From: Candidatus Enterousia sp.
Lineage (GTDB): Bacteria > Pseudomonadota > Alphaproteobacteria > Rs-D84
Length of the DNA: 46,558 nt
Assembly: GCA_045657405.1 (NCBI GenBank)
Contig: JAZOTB010000035.1
Span: forward strand, 1-46,558
Direction of reading: 5' to 3'
Part shown: one piece after another, positions 44,155 to 46,558 of the stretch
Position numbering within the stretch: the first letter of the stretch is position 1
Layout: every line of letters starts with the position of its first letter
Translations under genes and position numbers: made by a program
Notes under the pieces: generated by a model
Database searches by the model: none
What the model was told of the DNA's origin: nothing
The model's input: only the letters and a program-made list of their open reading frames with translations

Positions 44155-45462
44155 TTATCTTACAGATGCTTGTTTAAACAAATCGTCTGCGTTAACTTTC
44201 TTTTCTTTTGTTTTTACATGTGTCAACATTGCATCCAATGCTTTGCGTTCAAATATCATTCCACGTAACATTGCTAATGCATTTTGATTCTTGTTATAGA
44301 ATTCAAACACTTGTTTTGGATCTGGGTAACGTGCGGCTTCTGCCCAGATAGCCTGTTGCAGGTCATCACGAGTAACTTCTACTTTGTTTTGCGTTCCCCA
44401 TTCTGCCAAAATTAGACCCAATTTTACACGACGTTCTGCTTCTTTGCGCTCTGCTTTTTCATCCCACTTGTGGTCACATTTTGCATCGTGGCAATGTGCG
44501 TGTGAACGTTCAAATTCGGATTTTGCCATATTCATTTCTTGTTCAACCAATGTTTCTGGCAGTTCCAGTTTTACTTTGTCTGCTAAGACATCCAACAATT
44601 CGTTGCGCATATCGCGTTGTGCTGCTTCAACATATTGTTCATTGATGATTTTGCGAATATGTTCTTTTAATGCATCAACTGTTTCTTGTCCAACCTGCTT
44701 TGCCAAATCGTCGTTTAATTCTGGCAAGATGTGTTTACGGATTTCGTGGACTTTTACTGCAAAACGTGCATCTTTGCCCGCCAAGTTTTCTGCGTGATAA
44801 TCAGCTGGGAATTTTACGTTTACATCAAAATCATCACCAATTTTATGTCCAATAATTTGATCTTCAAAGCCAGGGATAAATGAACCTGAACCCAAGATTA
44901 AGTGATGCTTTGTTGCGGTGCCACCTTCAAATGCTTCGTCACCGATAAATCCTGTGAAATCAATCACAGCGACGTCACCGTTTGCTGCCTTGTATTTTTC
45001 ATCTTGTTTTTCTGCAACGCTGCGGCTTTTGCGAATGTTTTCTAGTGCAGTATCAACTTCTTTTTCGTCTAATTCTGCAATTTTTTTAGTAACAGTAATC
45101 TTTGATAAATCAATTTCTGGCAAAGTTGGCAAAATGTCAAATTCCAAAGAGTATTCAGCATCTTTACCGATTTCCCAACCTGCTAAATCAGCTTTTGGTG
45201 CGCCGGCCAAGCGGATTTTTTTATCTGCAACATAGTTGTTTAAGTCTTGGTTCATTAATTTATCAATTGCTTCGCCATATGCAGACGCGTTGTATTTTTG
45301 ACGCAAAATAGATAATGGCACCTTGCCTGCGCGGAATCCTGGCATTTTAACTTTTTTGCCGTATTCTAACAAAATTTCATCAGCGGTAGCCTGTAAATCA
45401 GCTGCTGGGATTAGGCCATTAACAGAGTAATGTAAATCTTTGATTTTTTCTTTTTTAAACAT
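44155..45462 (-). CDS. tig: Trigger factor
   Basis: PGFRAGKVP ribosome-binding loop; FKBP domain IDF.G....FEGG...LGSGSFIPGFEDQ..FP.DYH...LAGK. Confidence 0.96.
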   Translation of the reverse strand: MFKKEKIKDLHYSVNGLIPAADLQATADEILLEYGKKVKMPGFRAGKVPLSILRQKYNASAYGEAIDKLMNQDLNNYVADKKIRLAGAPKADLAGWEIGKDAEYSLEFDILPTLPEIDLSKITVTKKIAELDEKEVDTALENIRKSRSVAEKQDEKYKAANGDVAVIDFTGFIGDEAFEGGTATKHHLILGSGSFIPGFEDQIIGHKIGDDFDVNVKFPADYHAENLAGKDARFAVKVHEIRKHILPELNDDLAKQVGQETVDALKEHIRKIINEQYVEAAQRDMRNELLDVLADKVKLELPETLVEQEMNMAKSEFERSHAHCHDAKCDHKWDEKAERKEAERRVKLGLILAEWGTQNKVEVTRDDLQQAIWAEAARYPDPKQVFEFYNKNQNALAMLRGMIFERKALDAMLTHVKTKEKKVNADDLFKQASVR

Positions 45463-45526
45463 ATGTTTCCCCTAATTATTTATATTGCCACGTGATTATA
45501 CAATGTTTTTGGATGAAAGCAATAAT

Positions 45527-45554
45527 AAAAAAATCCCCAAGTGGGGATTTTTTT
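45527..45554 (-). terminator. Terminator after rpsI (AATCCCC family)
   Basis: AAAAAAATCCCCA-AG-TGGGGATTTTTTT. Confidence 0.88.
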
Positions 45555-45568
45555 CTGCTCTAAATAAA

Positions 45569-46051
45569 TTAACGTTTAGAGAACTGAGTAGAACGACGTG
45601 CCTTGCGGTAACCGTAGTGTTTACGTTCAACAACACGGCTGTCGCGTGTCAAGAAGCCTGCTGACTTTAATGCAGCGCGTAATTCTGGTTCTGCTTTTTC
45701 CAATGCTTTGGAAATACCATGTTTAACAGCGCCTGCTTGACCTGATAAACCACCGCCTTCAACCATTGCAACGATGTCGTATGCAGATTCGCGTTTTGTG
45801 ATTTCAAATGGTTGTGCAATAATCATTTGTAATACAGCACGACGGAAGTATTCGTTTGATGCTTTGCCATTAATTGTGATGTTACCCTTGCCCGGCATCA
45901 AATATACGCGTGCAACAGAATCTTTACGTTTGCCTGTTGCATATGTTGCGTCATTTAATTTTGGTGTTGCAACTGCTGCCTTGGCAACTGTTTTTTTTGC
46001 AGGGGCAGCCTTTTTAACTGTCTTTGTTGCTGTTTTTGTTGTTTCTGCCAT
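45569..46051 (-). CDS. rpsI: 30S ribosomal protein S9
   Basis: [21 protein letters not shown] and [13 protein letters not shown]....KARR..QFSKR. Confidence 0.98.
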   Translation of the reverse strand: MAETTKTATKTVKKAAPAKKTVAKAAVATPKLNDATYATGKRKDSVARVYLMPGKGNITINGKASNEYFRRAVLQMIIAQPFEITKRESAYDIVAMVEGGGLSGQAGAVKHGISKALEKAEPELRAALKSAGFLTRDSRVVERKHYGYRKARRSTQFSKR

Positions 46052-46524
46052 TATTCGCCCCTTTTGTTTTTACGGTTCAAGCTTGCGAAATCAATAACTT
46101 GTGGGTTTTGTGCAGCGTGTTTATGTTCGCTGCCTGCGTAAACGTGCAGTTTTGTTAAACGTTGGTTTGCCAATGCAACTGCTGTACGACGACCCATCAT
46201 GCGTTTAACTGCGTTGAAAACTAATTTTTCTGGTTTTTCATCACGCATTTGACCCAATGTACGAGATTTCAAAGAACCTGTCCACAAAGAGTGCCAAAAG
46301 AAACGATCTTTATCAGCCTTGTGACCAGATAATGCAACCTTGTCAGCATTGATTATAACAACGTGGTCACCACAATCCATATTTGGTGTCCATGTTGGTT
46401 TGTGTTTGCCGCGCAAGATGTTTGCAGTATATGCTGCCAAACGACCCAGCGTGCAATCTGTTGCGTCAATCAGATACCATTTAGCATCTAATTCGCATTT
46501 TTTTAACGATTTTGTCGCTGCCAT
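46051..46524 (-). CDS. rplM: 50S ribosomal protein L13
   Basis: WYLIDA...LGRLA...[19 protein letters not shown] and L.VYAG.EH.H.AQ.P. Confidence 0.98.
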   Translation of the reverse strand: MAATKSLKKCELDAKWYLIDATDCTLGRLAAYTANILRGKHKPTWTPNMDCGDHVVIINADKVALSGHKADKDRFFWHSLWTGSLKSRTLGQMRDEKPEKLVFNAVKRMMGRRTAVALANQRLTKLHVYAGSEHKHAAQNPQVIDFASLNRKNKRGE

Positions 46525-46558
46525 TTTATTTTTACCCTTGGTTTATAAATTAAAGCGA

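Noticed and set aside
1..46558. Alternative genetic code or prophage
   Set aside because: Conserved genes translate full-length with the standard code and end at TAA or TAG, with TGA ending the YgjP-like gene (4739-4741); no terminase, capsid or integrase genes were seen.

Overview
AT-rich chromosomal segment of a compact-genome alphaproteobacterium. gcrA, lpxA/lpxB and bamD are present; the style of the secreted proteins suggests an uncultured host-associated lineage such as Rs-D84, which is inference only. Housekeeping genes (rnhA, tkt, hisS, prfA, aroK, mscL, tlyA, leuS, rlpA, murJ, bamD, rpiB, bactofilin-M23, lpxA, lpxB, gcrA, thyA, tig, rpsI, rplM) alternate with many lineage-specific secreted Cys-rich proteins. 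I saw no rRNA, tRNA, CRISPR array, transposase, integrase or reverse transcriptase. The most notable signals are: (1) an orphan phage C4-type antisense-RNA module (a1/b1 target, a'/b' three-stem RNA and terminator) in the leader of a secreted-protein gene, on a compositionally distinct cassette bounded by repeats; (2) a ~65-aa module shared by three secreted proteins, at the C-terminus of one and near the N-terminus of two; (3) a dif-like site in a 690-bp non-coding region across which G/T strand skew peaks but does not invert; (4) an expanded family of small CxGCxxxC...C proteins, including a pseudogene; (5) a His-rich leader peptide upstream of hisS; (6) a stranded ribosomal L7/L12 C-terminal fragment; (7) a prepilin-peptidase-led operon of unknown secreted proteins that share a motif.
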